A DNA stretch of 64,000 nt from an uncultured bacterium (GTDB taxonomy: Bacteria > Acidobacteriota > Aminicenantia > Aminicenantales > UBA4085). How positions within the stretch are numbered: position 1 is the stretch's first letter; each line of letters opens with the position of its first letter. The stretch lies in the NCBI GenBank assembly GCA_937868205.1, contig CALMMC010000091.1:2047-66046 (forward strand), given 5' to 3'. Under the pieces are notes generated by a model. That model was not told where the DNA came from. It was given only the letters and a program-made list of their open reading frames with translations, and ran no database searches. Of the stretch, positions 1 to 9,689 are shown piece by piece. Made by a program: the position numbers and the translations under genes.

Positions 1-155
1 TCGTAACCCACAACATGCAGCAGGCCGCCCGGGTCTCCGACGAGACGGGCTTCATGCTTCTGGGCGAGCTGGTGGAGTTCGGCCGGACGGCGGAGATTTT
101 CACCCGGCCGTCCGACAAGCGGACCGAGGATTACATCACCGGCCGCTTCGGTTGA
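1..155 (+). CDS. pstB: phosphate ABC transporter ATP-binding protein PstB, 3' end (5' end outside window)
   Basis: Frame starting at nt 3 reads [50 protein letters not shown] then TGA at 153-155. This matches the conserved C-terminal tail of PstB as I recall it. Confidence 0.85.
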   Translation, partial: VTHNMQQAARVSDETGFMLLGELVEFGRTAEIFTRPSDKRTEDYITGRFG

Positions 156-173
156 AGATGCGCGCCCCGCCGA

Positions 174-533
174 TTATTCCTTCCCGGCATCCGCCGGAGC
201 GGATTTGGCCCTGTACCGGGCCGGATCGTCGAAAACGTCGAGGACGAACACCCGGGTGAGGAAGGCGGCCGAGTGGACGGCGCCTCCGGGAATGAAATAC
301 CGGTCTCCTTTTCGATACGTCTTGGTCTCCCCCCCGATGGTCAGGGTCATTTCACCCTCGATCATCAAGCCCCATTGGCCGCAGTGGGCATGCGGCGGGA
401 CCTTGGAGCCGGCGGCGATGTCGAAGAAAACCGCTTGGGTCAGCTCCCCCTGGATCAGGCGGCCGCGGATCCCGGCGAGGGGAGTCTCGATCTCCGGCAA
501 TCCCATAATCATTTCCGGATAGATGCCCGGCAT
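174..533 (-). CDS. cupin domain protein
   Basis: Track ORF 174..662 trimmed to Met44 (ATG 531-533), because the upstream extension is Gly/Pro/Arg-rich. Cupin-like motifs are present: VPPHAHCGQWGLMIEGE and GDRYFIPGGAVHSA. Confidence 0.7.
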   Translation of the reverse strand: MPGIYPEMIMGLPEIETPLAGIRGRLIQGELTQAVFFDIAAGSKVPPHAHCGQWGLMIEGEMTLTIGGETKTYRKGDRYFIPGGAVHSAAFLTRVFVLDVFDDPARYRAKSAPADAGKE

Positions 534-574
534 CCCCGCCTCCTCCGGATCGCTTTCGGGCGGCGATCCGCTTG

Positions 575-1405
575 TTATTTCTCGAGCTCGGCCAGCCAAG
601 CGGCCGCGAACTCCCGGGCCGCCTGGGTCGCTTCCTTTCCCGCCCGGAAGCAGATCTTCCAATCGGAGGGCTTGTCTTCATAAGCTTCGTCGGCAAAATA
701 CATCCTCGACTTCCTCTTGACTAACTTGGCCGAGAAATCCACCCCGGCGCTCGTATCGAGGAATTCCCGGATTCTTCTCTTGATCAGACCGCGGACGTCC
801 GCCGGGTATTCCTCCTCCCAAGACTTGAGCTGCTCGGCGTATTGCTCGGCGTTTTCCCCGCTCTCCATCTCCTTGCCCTGGCGCATCAGGGCCATCTGCC
901 CGGGGTCCTTTTCCATCTCCTCCATCCGGGCCCGCATTTGCTTGATGCCCTCCTCCACCGCCTTTCTCGTTTCCGCATCGAGGCCGGCCAGGTTTTCCTG
1001 CATCTCGGCGACCTGCTTTTCAAAATTGGCTTTCTGCTGTTTCAGCGATTCATCGGCCGGGATGACCTTGTCGGGAGGGCCCGGCTTCTGCTCGTTCCGG
1101 AAATCGGCGTAGGCGGCTTTGAAGGCGGGCGACTCGGAATACGTCTTGATCCAGGCGAGCCCCCCGCGGACGGCCTCGGCCCGGGCGGAGGGAGGAAGGG
1201 CCTTGAAGGCGGCGAAAGCCTTCTGATCGTAAGGAGAGCCGGTCAACAATCCTTCGAGGATTCCTTCCTTGGCGGCCGCTTCGCTCAGGCGGAGCGTGGA
1301 CAGGATGTCCGCTCCCGCGGCCGCGACCCCGAGGACGACGGCCGTTCCCAACAGGAAAGCCGCGGCAAGGCCGAAGCGGCGATGGTGTTCTATTTTTAAA
1401 TTCAT
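575..1405 (-). CDS. hypothetical secreted/periplasmic helical protein
   Basis: N-terminal signal/anchor (RRFGLAAAFLLGTAVVLGVAAAG) followed by a Lys/Glu/Ala-rich helical sequence. Composition is protein-like, unlike the overlapping shadow ORFs. No family recognised. Confidence 0.6.
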   Translation of the reverse strand: MNLKIEHHRRFGLAAAFLLGTAVVLGVAAAGADILSTLRLSEAAAKEGILEGLLTGSPYDQKAFAAFKALPPSARAEAVRGGLAWIKTYSESPAFKAAYADFRNEQKPGPPDKVIPADESLKQQKANFEKQVAEMQENLAGLDAETRKAVEEGIKQMRARMEEMEKDPGQMALMRQGKEMESGENAEQYAEQLKSWEEEYPADVRGLIKRRIREFLDTSAGVDFSAKLVKRKSRMYFADEAYEDKPSDWKICFRAGKEATQAAREFAAAWLAELEK

Positions 1406-1440
1406 GCGATTCCTCCGTCGGTGGGATGGTTTGGGTCGAC

Positions 1441-1469
1441 ACCATAAAGCGCCAAGGGGGGAAAGTCAA
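1441..1469 (-). promoter_or_regulatory. sigma70-like promoter for 575..1405
   Basis: Minus strand reads TTGACT (1464-1469), 17 nt, TATGGT (1441-1446), about 35 nt upstream of the ATG at 1405. Confidence 0.4.
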
Positions 1470-1540
1470 GGACGCGCCGCCGCGGCCGGTGGACTCCCCG
1501 CGTTTTCTGATATACTGATATCCTTGAAAAGGAGACCCGC

Positions 1541-3091
1541 ATGCACGGAAAACGAATCTTTTTCGCTCTGGCCGCCGTCGCCTTGATCCTGGGAACGGCC
1601 GCGGCCCTCGCCGCCCCGCAGTCCCAGCGGCCCCCGGAATACCGGGAAATCATGGCCGCCCAGAATATTTCGGACCTTGCCGCCCGCTTGAAAGAGCTCG
1701 AGCGCATCAAGGCCGCTTATCCCCAGAGCCCGCTGAGACCGATGCTCGAGGAAGCGATCCTCGTCACCAAAGTCAAAATGTGCGCCGCCCTGGACGAAGT
1801 CCTGGCCCTTCAAAAAACGGTCGTGGGGCAGGGCGAGGGATTCGACCGGATCTACTCGTACTTCGCCGCGGCCATGGATATCCTCCACCATCCCAACCTG
1901 GCCCGGTTCGACGCGGCCGGCGTCGTTCAGGCCGTTGTTTCCTACCGGAACGGAGCGGACCGGCTCCTCAAGGAGGAGGCCTTTATCCGCTCGGTGCCGG
2001 AGGAGGAGCGTCCCTATTTATTCGAATACGGCAACAACATCAATGTCGTCGCCGCCTTGGCCTGCGTCAACGCCGGTGAACCGAGCCGGGCCCTCGATTT
2101 CTTGAAGGTTTACCGGTCGGCCGGCGGCGCGGAAGACGACGCTTATTCCTATGCGTCCGCCGAAGCCTCGGTGAAGCTCGGAAAGAACGAGGACGCCCTG
2201 GGCGGTTATTTGGCCGCGGCCGTCGAAAATTACCGCGACGCCGAGGCGAAAGCCCGGGATCTGTGGGCGACGGTCAAGGGAACACCGGAGGGATTCGAGG
2301 CCGCGTTGGAAATCCGACAAAGGGCATTGCCCTTCCATCCGGAAGCGTTCGCCGTTCCCGCTGATTGGAAAGGCAAGACGGTCCTGGCCGAGATCTTCAC
2401 CGGTTCGGAATGCCCGCCCTGCGCCGGGGCCGACCTCGGGTTCGACGGACTCATCGAATCCGTCCCCGAGACGCACCTGGCGATTCTGGAATATCATCTT
2501 CCGATTCCCCGCCCTGACCCGATGATCAATCCGGCGACCCGGGCCCGCCAGCAGTATTACGGGGTCAACAGCACGCCGTCCACGTTCTTTGACGGCGCGC
2601 GGAAGGCGTCCGGCGGCGGCGGCCGGGCCGGCGCGGAGGGAAAGTACAAGGAATATCTGGCCGAGATCAAATCCCTTTTGAAGGAAGAGCCGGCGGTCTC
2701 CTTTACGGTCAAGGCCGTCCGCGACGGCGACGAAGTCGCGGTCGACGTGAACGCCGAAAAAAACGCGGCCGGGGCCGAGACGTTCGCCGCCCTCGTCGAA
2801 AAGGAAGTCCGGTTCAAGGGGGGCAACGGCATCGTTTTCCATAAAATGGTCGTCCGGGATTTCCAGGCGGTCTCCCCGGAAAATCCCCGGGTGGTCTTCG
2901 ACCTGGCCGCTTCCGAGCAGACGACGGACGCCTATCTCACGGAATTTGAGAAAACCTACGACCGGATCCCCAATTACAAGTTCGCCGAGCGCCGGAACGG
3001 CATCGGCCGGGAAGGGCTCCGGGTCGTCGTTTTCGCCCAGGACAAGCCGACGAAGAAAGTGTTGAACGCCGCGGCCGCCGACATAAAATAG
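1541..3091 (+). CDS. secreted protein with C-terminal thioredoxin-like CPPC domain
   Basis: RBS aaaaggag lies 7 nt before the ATG. Signal peptide MHGKRIFFALAAVALILGTAAALAAP. Helical repeat-like N-terminal half. Then KGKTVLAEIFTGSECPPCAGADLGF, a thioredoxin-fold CxxC context. Confidence 0.65.
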   Translation: MHGKRIFFALAAVALILGTAAALAAPQSQRPPEYREIMAAQNISDLAARLKELERIKAAYPQSPLRPMLEEAILVTKVKMCAALDEVLALQKTVVGQGEGFDRIYSYFAAAMDILHHPNLARFDAAGVVQAVVSYRNGADRLLKEEAFIRSVPEEERPYLFEYGNNINVVAALACVNAGEPSRALDFLKVYRSAGGAEDDAYSYASAEASVKLGKNEDALGGYLAAAVENYRDAEAKARDLWATVKGTPEGFEAALEIRQRALPFHPEAFAVPADWKGKTVLAEIFTGSECPPCAGADLGFDGLIESVPETHLAILEYHLPIPRPDPMINPATRARQQYYGVNSTPSTFFDGARKASGGGGRAGAEGKYKEYLAEIKSLLKEEPAVSFTVKAVRDGDEVAVDVNAEKNAAGAETFAALVEKEVRFKGGNGIVFHKMVVRDFQAVSPENPRVVFDLAASEQTTDAYLTEFEKTYDRIPNYKFAERRNGIGREGLRVVVFAQDKPTKKVLNAAAADIK

Positions 3092-3112
3092 GGGGTTCGA
3101 GACGGGACGTTC

Positions 3113-5698
3113 ATGCCTCCCGAATACGCGCCCGAGACGATTCGCTTTTTAGAGGCGGCGTTCGCCGCCCAGGGCGTCCTCCGGCCGTTCCGGCGGCAGC
3201 GCTACGAGCCGGGAACGGTCCTGGAATACGAAATCCGCGGCGTTTGGCCGGACGCCCGGGCCCGCGTTTCTCTGGAAATCCTCAAGTTCGCCGGGGGCGG
3301 CTTCGCCGGCCAGGTCTACCAGGTCGCGGCGCGGTCGATCGTCCCGATCGAGGACCAAGTGGAAGGGCTGGAAGCCGGGCGGACCTACGCCCTGAAAATC
3401 CTGATTCCTCCGTCGCGCTTCGCCGCCCGCGTCCGGAACTTTTTCTACGGCTTCGGCTTTCAGGCCCCGTTTTCGCTCCAGTCGCTGGCCGCGGCCGGCC
3501 GCTCCCAAGCCCTCTGGCAGAAATTCATCCGCCGGGCCGCCCGGGTGGAGTTCGGCCGCGACGACGCTGTGGCCGACGTCATCGGCACCTTCCGCGACGA
3601 GAGGCTCGGCAGCTACGGCGAGCTCGGCGAATGGGTGGACGGCCGAATGTGGCGGTTTGAAATCGATGACGACCTCGATTCCCGGCACCGTTGGAAGCCC
3701 GGCGATCCGGAGGACGGGATCGGGTCCCCGGAATACCGGACGAAGCGTGAATTCATGAAACGGCTGACGGCGATGATGCGGCGGATGGGAGCGGAGGAGC
3801 TGGCCCGCCAGTACGAATGGGGATCGTTGAAAAGCCAGCCCAATGCCATGAAAAGGATCGCCTCCGATCCCGACCCGAGGGCCGGGCTGACCGCCGTCGA
3901 TTTCCGGGCGGGGATGGCCTTGACGCCCCTCAACCCGCAGTGCCCCGTCGATTTCAAGCTCATTCTCCGGGGGCTCGGGCGGGGCCGGCTCGTCCAATTC
4001 GACAAGGGCGATCTTCGGAAGCTCGAGCGTTTCGCCGGAGAACACGCCGGCGACTTCGCCGATCTTCGGCCGGCCCTGGAGGAACTGAAGCGGGAGGACG
4101 CGGCCTACCGCGATTCCCTTGTCGATTGGACGCATCATCATGTCCGGCTGTTTTCCGGCCGCCTCCGCCGGCGGATCATGGCCGGATTCCGCGAGAGCTG
4201 GCGGGTCCGGAACATCACCGACGACCGGACGGCCTCCGTCTTGGCGAAAAGCGGAGTCCTCTCCCTTCTTTTCCTCGGAGCGCCGGGACTGGCCCTGGCT
4301 TCGCCGCTCTTGTTTGTTTTCGCCTGGCCGGGGCGGATTTGGTGGAAGTATCCGCTCTGGCTTCTTCCGCTCATTCTGACTCCGCTCGTCCGAAAAATCT
4401 GGGGCCGGGACGATTTCCGCCGCCATTGCGGCCGGATGTTCGCGAGTCCCCTCTACATTCTCCGGGCGGGGCGGGCCCGGATCGCCGAGGCGATGATCCG
4501 CTGGGTCCGGACGGGCCGGGCCTCCGAGGAGCGCGCCCGGAACATCTCCTCCGCTCCCTGGCGGTATTACGCTCAGCTGCCGTTTTCCCTCTTGCCGCCC
4601 GGCTTCCACCGTTTTTTGACCGAGAAGGCTTACTTCAAGGAACGGATCCGGGCCCTTTTTATCCAGCCCGCGCGGCTTCTCGTCCGGCCGGCCGAGCGGG
4701 AGCGCTGGATGATCGGGATGATCGACCAGGGCGGGAAAAACGGCCTTCTGACGGCTCCCGAGGTTGAGCGCATCAAGGCCCAGGTTAAGGAGCCGTACAT
4801 CCAGAAATATCTCAAGAGCCTGGCCGTCCATGCCGCCACCCTGTTCGTCTCGGAAACCGTCTTTCTCGTAGCGGCAGTCGTCTACGTCCTGGCCCATCCG
4901 GAATTGACCTGGCAGGCGGCGACGCTCCGCGCCGGGCTCATCATCGGCGCCTTGAACCTCCTGCCGGTTTCGCCGGGATCCTTGGTCCGGGGATTCTACG
5001 TCGTCGGCCTGATGATCAAGGAGCGGAACTTCAAGGACTACAACATCGCCCTCGGGGTCAGTTTTCTCAAGGTTTTCGGCTACTTGGCGTTCCCGATCCA
5101 GATGACATACCGGTATCCCGACCTGGCCCGGTTCATGGCCGGCCATTGGGCCAACGAGGCCGTCCACCGGGTTCCGGTGTTCGGCGAGAAAGGCGCCTGG
5201 CTGGAGCATTTCGTTTTTGACGCGTTCTACAATTTCCCGCTGACCCTGCGCCGGAGGATCAGGACGCGGGCGGAAAGGCGGGCCGGGGAGCCGAAAAAAT
5301 CCTGGACGACGCCGCTCCTCGCCCTGGCTGCGGCCGTCGTTCTGGGCGGCCTGGGGGCCGGCTTCGCGGCCGTCGCCGGGGGGGCGCCGTCGTTCAACCG
5401 GACCTGGGGCTTGGCGGTCTGGGTGCCGGTGCTGGCCGGGGCGGCGATCGCCCGGGCGGCCTCCGGCTTTCAAATCGGGGCGCGCGTCCTTCGGGGAATG
5501 ACCGGCGGCGCGCTTCTCGGGGCGTTCGCCGGCCTCGCCTCCCATATCGCGGCCCTCGCCCCGTTTTTCGGCGCGGCCGCCGCCGCGGAAAACGTTCCCC
5601 CGGTCTTGGCCGCGGCCAAGTCGGGAGTCACGCTGATGCTGCTGTTCGGCGTCCTTGGTCTCGGAGGCGCGCTCTTCGCCGAAACGCGCCGGCCTTGA
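3113..5698 (+). CDS. protein-kinase-like (ABC1/atypical kinase-like) domain fused to large polytopic membrane domain
   Basis: 861-aa ORF starting 22 nt after the previous gene. It has a Gly-loop-like FAGGGFAGQVYQV followed by RTYALKIL (VAIK-like Lys), then GELGEWVDGRMW, LKSQPNAM and AVDFRAG. The C-terminal ~500 aa contain many hydrophobic segments, including NLLPVSPGSLVRGFY. Confidence 0.7.
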   Translation: MPPEYAPETIRFLEAAFAAQGVLRPFRRQRYEPGTVLEYEIRGVWPDARARVSLEILKFAGGGFAGQVYQVAARSIVPIEDQVEGLEAGRTYALKILIPPSRFAARVRNFFYGFGFQAPFSLQSLAAAGRSQALWQKFIRRAARVEFGRDDAVADVIGTFRDERLGSYGELGEWVDGRMWRFEIDDDLDSRHRWKPGDPEDGIGSPEYRTKREFMKRLTAMMRRMGAEELARQYEWGSLKSQPNAMKRIASDPDPRAGLTAVDFRAGMALTPLNPQCPVDFKLILRGLGRGRLVQFDKGDLRKLERFAGEHAGDFADLRPALEELKREDAAYRDSLVDWTHHHVRLFSGRLRRRIMAGFRESWRVRNITDDRTASVLAKSGVLSLLFLGAPGLALASPLLFVFAWPGRIWWKYPLWLLPLILTPLVRKIWGRDDFRRHCGRMFASPLYILRAGRARIAEAMIRWVRTGRASEERARNISSAPWRYYAQLPFSLLPPGFHRFLTEKAYFKERIRALFIQPARLLVRPAERERWMIGMIDQGGKNGLLTAPEVERIKAQVKEPYIQKYLKSLAVHAATLFVSETVFLVAAVVYVLAHPELTWQAATLRAGLIIGALNLLPVSPGSLVRGFYVVGLMIKERNFKDYNIALGVSFLKVFGYLAFPIQMTYRYPDLARFMAGHWANEAVHRVPVFGEKGAWLEHFVFDAFYNFPLTLRRRIRTRAERRAGEPKKSWTTPLLALAAAVVLGGLGAGFAAVAGGAPSFNRTWGLAVWVPVLAGAAIARAASGFQIGARVLRGMTGGALLGAFAGLASHIAALAPFFGAAAAAENVPPVLAAAKSGVTLMLLFGVLGLGGALFAETRRP

Positions 5699-5708
5699 AC
5701 CGGCCGGA

Positions 5709-8036
5709 TCAGAACCGGTATTCGAGCCCGAAGACGGGAAGGATCGGCGCCTGGGGGACGACGTCCTGCCTGTTTTCGACCCGGTTCCAGTAATAGCGGG
5801 CGATGTTTTCCCGGTCCAGGAGATTGACGACGCTGAGGTAGGCCAAGAGAACGGATGTCCGGAACCGGAATTCCCGGTCCACCCGCAGGCTCACCGAGCT
5901 GTAATCCGGGTAACGGGTCGAATCGAGCCGGGTGACGTCGAGGACGGCGGCGTTCAGGGCCGTCGACCGGGCGATGTCATAAGGCGTGTACGGAACGCCG
6001 CCGGCCAGATCCCAGCGCAGGCCGAGATTCCATTTCCGGGCGATCCGGACGCCTCCGATCATGGTCAGAACATACCGGTTGTCGTTCAACCGGTCGCGCC
6101 AGCGGCCCAGGGCGTCGCGGAACCGGGACCGGAACAGGCTCGCTCCGGCGAAGAGATGCCACGTTCCGCCGGGCTTCTTTTCCGCCGTGATTTCCAAACC
6201 CCGGGCGGCGGCTTGACCGTCGTCGGTCACCGTCGTGAACGAACGGTACACGCCGTAATCAAGGCAGAGGTCGAAGACGGAAAATTCCGGGTCCTCGGGA
6301 GTCACCGGCAGACGGCGGTACTGCTTGTCGTAGACGTCCAGGGTCCAGCGGAAGTCCTTCGAGACATCGTGGGAGACGCCGAAAAGGAAATGGACGGCCG
6401 TCGGATTGCGGTTGTCGCGGACGGCCGGCGTGATCCCAAGAACGGCCGTCGGAACCGCCTGGCGGAAGATCCCGGCCGCGGCCTTGAGGGTCAGGCGTGG
6501 ACTGACCGCCCAGGCAGCCGAAAGCCGAGGGGAAACCTCGGCCGTCCGGTTGTGGGAAAGGACGTCGAGCCGGGCTCCCAGGGATACGGTCAACGGGGGG
6601 GCCGGCCGCCAGTCCAGGCCGGCGAAAACCGCGCCCTTGGCGACCGTCAAGTCCCCCCGGGCCAGGACCGGGGGAATGAGCGAGGCGTACGGATCGACGT
6701 AGGCGCCGTAATAGTTGTTGAAATCGTAAATCTCGGCCTTGGCCTCGAATCCGAGCGAAGCCCGGAGCCGCCCGGAGAGAACGAGCCCTCCGACGTGGCG
6801 GAGGCCGATGAGGTCCGTCGTTTCGTCGAAGAGGAAGGCCGCCGAATCGGTGACCGAGTCCAAGAGCTCGTCGGCGTTGCGGTAGCGCGACCAGGAGAGG
6901 GTCGTCACCGTGGAGTAGGAATCGCTCCAGCCGGCGTACCAGCACAGCCCGGCCGTGTTCTGGCGGTTTTTATAGTTGAGCGCCCGGGTGAAGCCCATGG
7001 CCACCGCTTCCTCGGCGTCATAGGACAAGCGGCTGTCGGCGTTCACATCGAGCAGCTCGAGCCGGTGGCGGGGGCCGAGGTCGAGCACGGCCTTGAAGTG
7101 GACGTCGCCGAAGCGCGGGGCGACGCCGTAGCCGATGATTTTCGTGACGAGGTCGTGATAGCTCCGTTTCGCCGAGACTAGGAACGAGCCCCGGCCGCCG
7201 AGGATCGGCCCCTCCACTCCGCCGCCGAAACCGGCGGTATTGATGTCCACTTGAGCCTGGACGCGTTCGCGGTCGCCCTCTCGGAAGACCATCTCGATAA
7301 CCGAGGACATCCGGTCGCCGTAGGCCGCGTGAAACCCGCCCTTGAAGAAATTGAGCGACCGGACCCAGGAGGCGTTAATCACGCCGATCAGGCCTCCGCT
7401 GCCGCCCTGCACCTGGAAATGGTTGATGTCGTAAAACGGAATCTGATCGACGTAGAAGGCGTTTTCCCAGGGGCTGCCGCCGCGGACGATCAGCTCGTTG
7501 CTGGTGTCGTTGACTTGGGAGATGCCGGCCGTGGCCTTGAGGACGCGGCTGACGTCGTCGACCGAACCGGGCGTTTGGCGGAGGCGCTCTCCTTCGACCG
7601 ACACGGCCCCCGCCGTCCGCTCGATACGGCTCGGCCCGGCCTCGGCCGTCACCGTCACCTCCTCGCGGAGCGGGCCGGGAAGGCGGACCATCTCCACGTC
7701 CAGGCGGACCGGAACCGCCGGATCCACCCGGAGTCCCTCCACGGCCCGGGGGGCGTAGCCGCTCCGATCGAAGAGACAGGAATAGACGCCGGCCGGAAGG
7801 CCGCGGAACTCGAACGCTCCGCCCTTGCCGGTGACCGCGGAGCGTTCAGTCCGGCCGGGACCTTCGCCCGCCGGAAGGATCACTCGAACGTCCGCGAGTC
7901 CGCGCCGCGACTCGTAATCGAGGACGAAACCGGAAAGGACGCCGGCCGATTCCTCCGAGGATGCGGCCGGCGGGCCGAAGGCGGAAAAAAAGGAGACGGC
8001 CAAAAAAACGACGATCCGCGAACGAATCCTTTTCAT
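5709..8036 (-). CDS. TonB-dependent receptor with N-terminal carboxypeptidase-regulatory-like domain
   Basis: Signal peptide, then a CarbopepD_reg-like GFVLDYESRRGLADVRVIL...GAFEFRGLPAGVY. A plug-like region follows (TVTAE...VSRVLKATAGISQV...LIVRGGSPWENAFYVDQIP). Long beta-barrel ends in the aromatic terminus GLEYRF. Confidence 0.85.
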   Translation of the reverse strand: MKRIRSRIVVFLAVSFFSAFGPPAASSEESAGVLSGFVLDYESRRGLADVRVILPAGEGPGRTERSAVTGKGGAFEFRGLPAGVYSCLFDRSGYAPRAVEGLRVDPAVPVRLDVEMVRLPGPLREEVTVTAEAGPSRIERTAGAVSVEGERLRQTPGSVDDVSRVLKATAGISQVNDTSNELIVRGGSPWENAFYVDQIPFYDINHFQVQGGSGGLIGVINASWVRSLNFFKGGFHAAYGDRMSSVIEMVFREGDRERVQAQVDINTAGFGGGVEGPILGGRGSFLVSAKRSYHDLVTKIIGYGVAPRFGDVHFKAVLDLGPRHRLELLDVNADSRLSYDAEEAVAMGFTRALNYKNRQNTAGLCWYAGWSDSYSTVTTLSWSRYRNADELLDSVTDSAAFLFDETTDLIGLRHVGGLVLSGRLRASLGFEAKAEIYDFNNYYGAYVDPYASLIPPVLARGDLTVAKGAVFAGLDWRPAPPLTVSLGARLDVLSHNRTAEVSPRLSAAWAVSPRLTLKAAAGIFRQAVPTAVLGITPAVRDNRNPTAVHFLFGVSHDVSKDFRWTLDVYDKQYRRLPVTPEDPEFSVFDLCLDYGVYRSFTTVTDDGQAAARGLEITAEKKPGGTWHLFAGASLFRSRFRDALGRWRDRLNDNRYVLTMIGGVRIARKWNLGLRWDLAGGVPYTPYDIARSTALNAAVLDVTRLDSTRYPDYSSVSLRVDREFRFRTSVLLAYLSVVNLLDRENIARYYWNRVENRQDVVPQAPILPVFGLEYRF

Positions 8037-8479
8037 TTCCGATCCGCGAGCCGGCCTCGCGGAAAAATTATAATGAAATCCCGCCGCCTCCGCCAGGGAT
8101 GTTCCGCACGTTCCCTCGTCCGTTTAGCCCCGGCCTTTCGCGGCCGCGAATCAAGGGGAGAAGCGTGATCAGTCTGAGCCATCGGAGCCGGGACGCCCGG
8201 CATGACGCGCCCGATGCCGCCCTCCTCCCGGGGAGGCGGATGCACGGAGGCGATGGCCGGACATAAAGAACGGGAAAGACGACAGGGACGGCCTCCGCCG
8301 CGGCTTTCATGCCGCGTTCAACGCATCCCGGGAAAGAATGGCGACGTCGGAGATCGGGACGATCATGACGATCAAAGTGAGAACGGTAAAAGGGGCTTCC
8401 GGAGGCGGGCCTTCGCTCCACCGGACCAAACAGGCCGCGCCGAAAAAGAGGATAGGGGATGGGACGAGGCGATCGAACG

Positions 8480-9640
8480 TCAACGACGCATTCTCCGCTT
8501 GAGGCGCATGATCCGTTCATAGGAACGGTCGAAGCGGGCTTCCGGGATCACCCCGGCGGCCGCGGCCCCCTTGAGGATGCCGGCGGCGGCCGCGGCGATC
8601 TCCGGATCGAAGACCGAATTGTTGGCGAAGATCAGAATGTCGAGGCCGGCGTCCACGGCCCGGATGACCGCTTCCTTCAAGCCGAAGTTCGCCGAAACCG
8701 CCTTCATTTGCATGTCGTCGGAAACGGCGAGGCCGTCGTAGCCCATCCCCTCTCGGAGCAAGCCCTGGATCGCCGGCCGGGAAAGCGTCGCCGGATATCG
8801 CGGATCGATTTCGGCGTTGAAAACATGGGCCGTCATGACCGCGTCGCAAAGCCCTTCTCCGATGATTTCCGCGTAGGGCTCCAGCTCCCTTTTCGACCAG
8901 GTGCCGGTGACGTCCGTGAACCCCAGGTGGGAATCGTTTTTCGAGCTGCCGTGGCCGGGGAAATGCTTCAAGGTCGTGAGGACGCCGGCGCGATGATACG
9001 CCTGGATGACCTCGCGGGCATGCCTGACGACGACGGCCGGATCGGCCGAAAAGCTCCGCTCGAGGCCGCCGATCACGGGATTTTCCGGATTGACGTCGAG
9101 ATCGACGACCGGGGCGAAGTTGAGGTGGAATCCGGCCTCGGCCAGGACGGCCGCCTCCGCCTCGGCGCAGGCGCGGGTGACGGCCGCGTCATCCAAGCCG
9201 CCGAGATGTTTCTGGGAAACCGTCGCCGGGAAGCCGAACTTTTCCTTGAGCCGCGAGACCCGGCCGCCTTCCTGGTCGACGGCGATGAAAAGCGGCGTCG
9301 CCGCCGTTTCCTGCAAGGAGCCGATCAAGGCCTTGACCTGATCGGGGGAGGCGATGTTGCGGACAGGATTTTGGGACGGAACGTCATAGTCAAAAAGAAC
9401 GACCCCGCCGATTTTCCGGTCGCGGATGTCGGCGATGACGGGATTATCCGCCTCGAGGGTCAGCCCGCGAAAACCGACCATGATCATCTGGCCGATCTTC
9501 TCGTCCAAGCCGGCGGGCGCGGTCCCGGGCCGGGCGGCGAACCCGGTTTTGCCGAGCATCGGCAGGCCGGCGAAGGCCGCCAGCCCGCCCGCCAGAAACT
9601 CCCTCCGGCTCATGAAGCGCCGCGCATCCTCTTTGGTCAT
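8480..9640 (-). CDS. nagZ: beta-N-acetylhexosaminidase, glycoside hydrolase family 3 (NagZ-like), exported
   Basis: Tat-like SRREFLAGGLAAFAG. GH3 motifs present: IAVDQEGGRVSRL, LKHFPGHGSS, MTAHV. Confidence 0.85.
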   Translation of the reverse strand: MTKEDARRFMSRREFLAGGLAAFAGLPMLGKTGFAARPGTAPAGLDEKIGQMIMVGFRGLTLEADNPVIADIRDRKIGGVVLFDYDVPSQNPVRNIASPDQVKALIGSLQETAATPLFIAVDQEGGRVSRLKEKFGFPATVSQKHLGGLDDAAVTRACAEAEAAVLAEAGFHLNFAPVVDLDVNPENPVIGGLERSFSADPAVVVRHAREVIQAYHRAGVLTTLKHFPGHGSSKNDSHLGFTDVTGTWSKRELEPYAEIIGEGLCDAVMTAHVFNAEIDPRYPATLSRPAIQGLLREGMGYDGLAVSDDMQMKAVSANFGLKEAVIRAVDAGLDILIFANNSVFDPEIAAAAAGILKGAAAAGVIPEARFDRSYERIMRLKRRMRR

Positions 9641-9689
9641 TATGCGATGATCCTCGGCAAAGACGTTCGGCCGGTCCTGGAAAGACCGG

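Noticed and set aside
8037-8306. Riboswitch (for example cobalamin) in the 5' region of the TonB-dependent receptor gene.
   Set aside because: The only good -10 (TATAAT, minus strand ~8068-8073) lies ~30 nt from the ATG, leaving a short leader with one 7-bp hairpin. I found no B12-box or other riboswitch core sequence.
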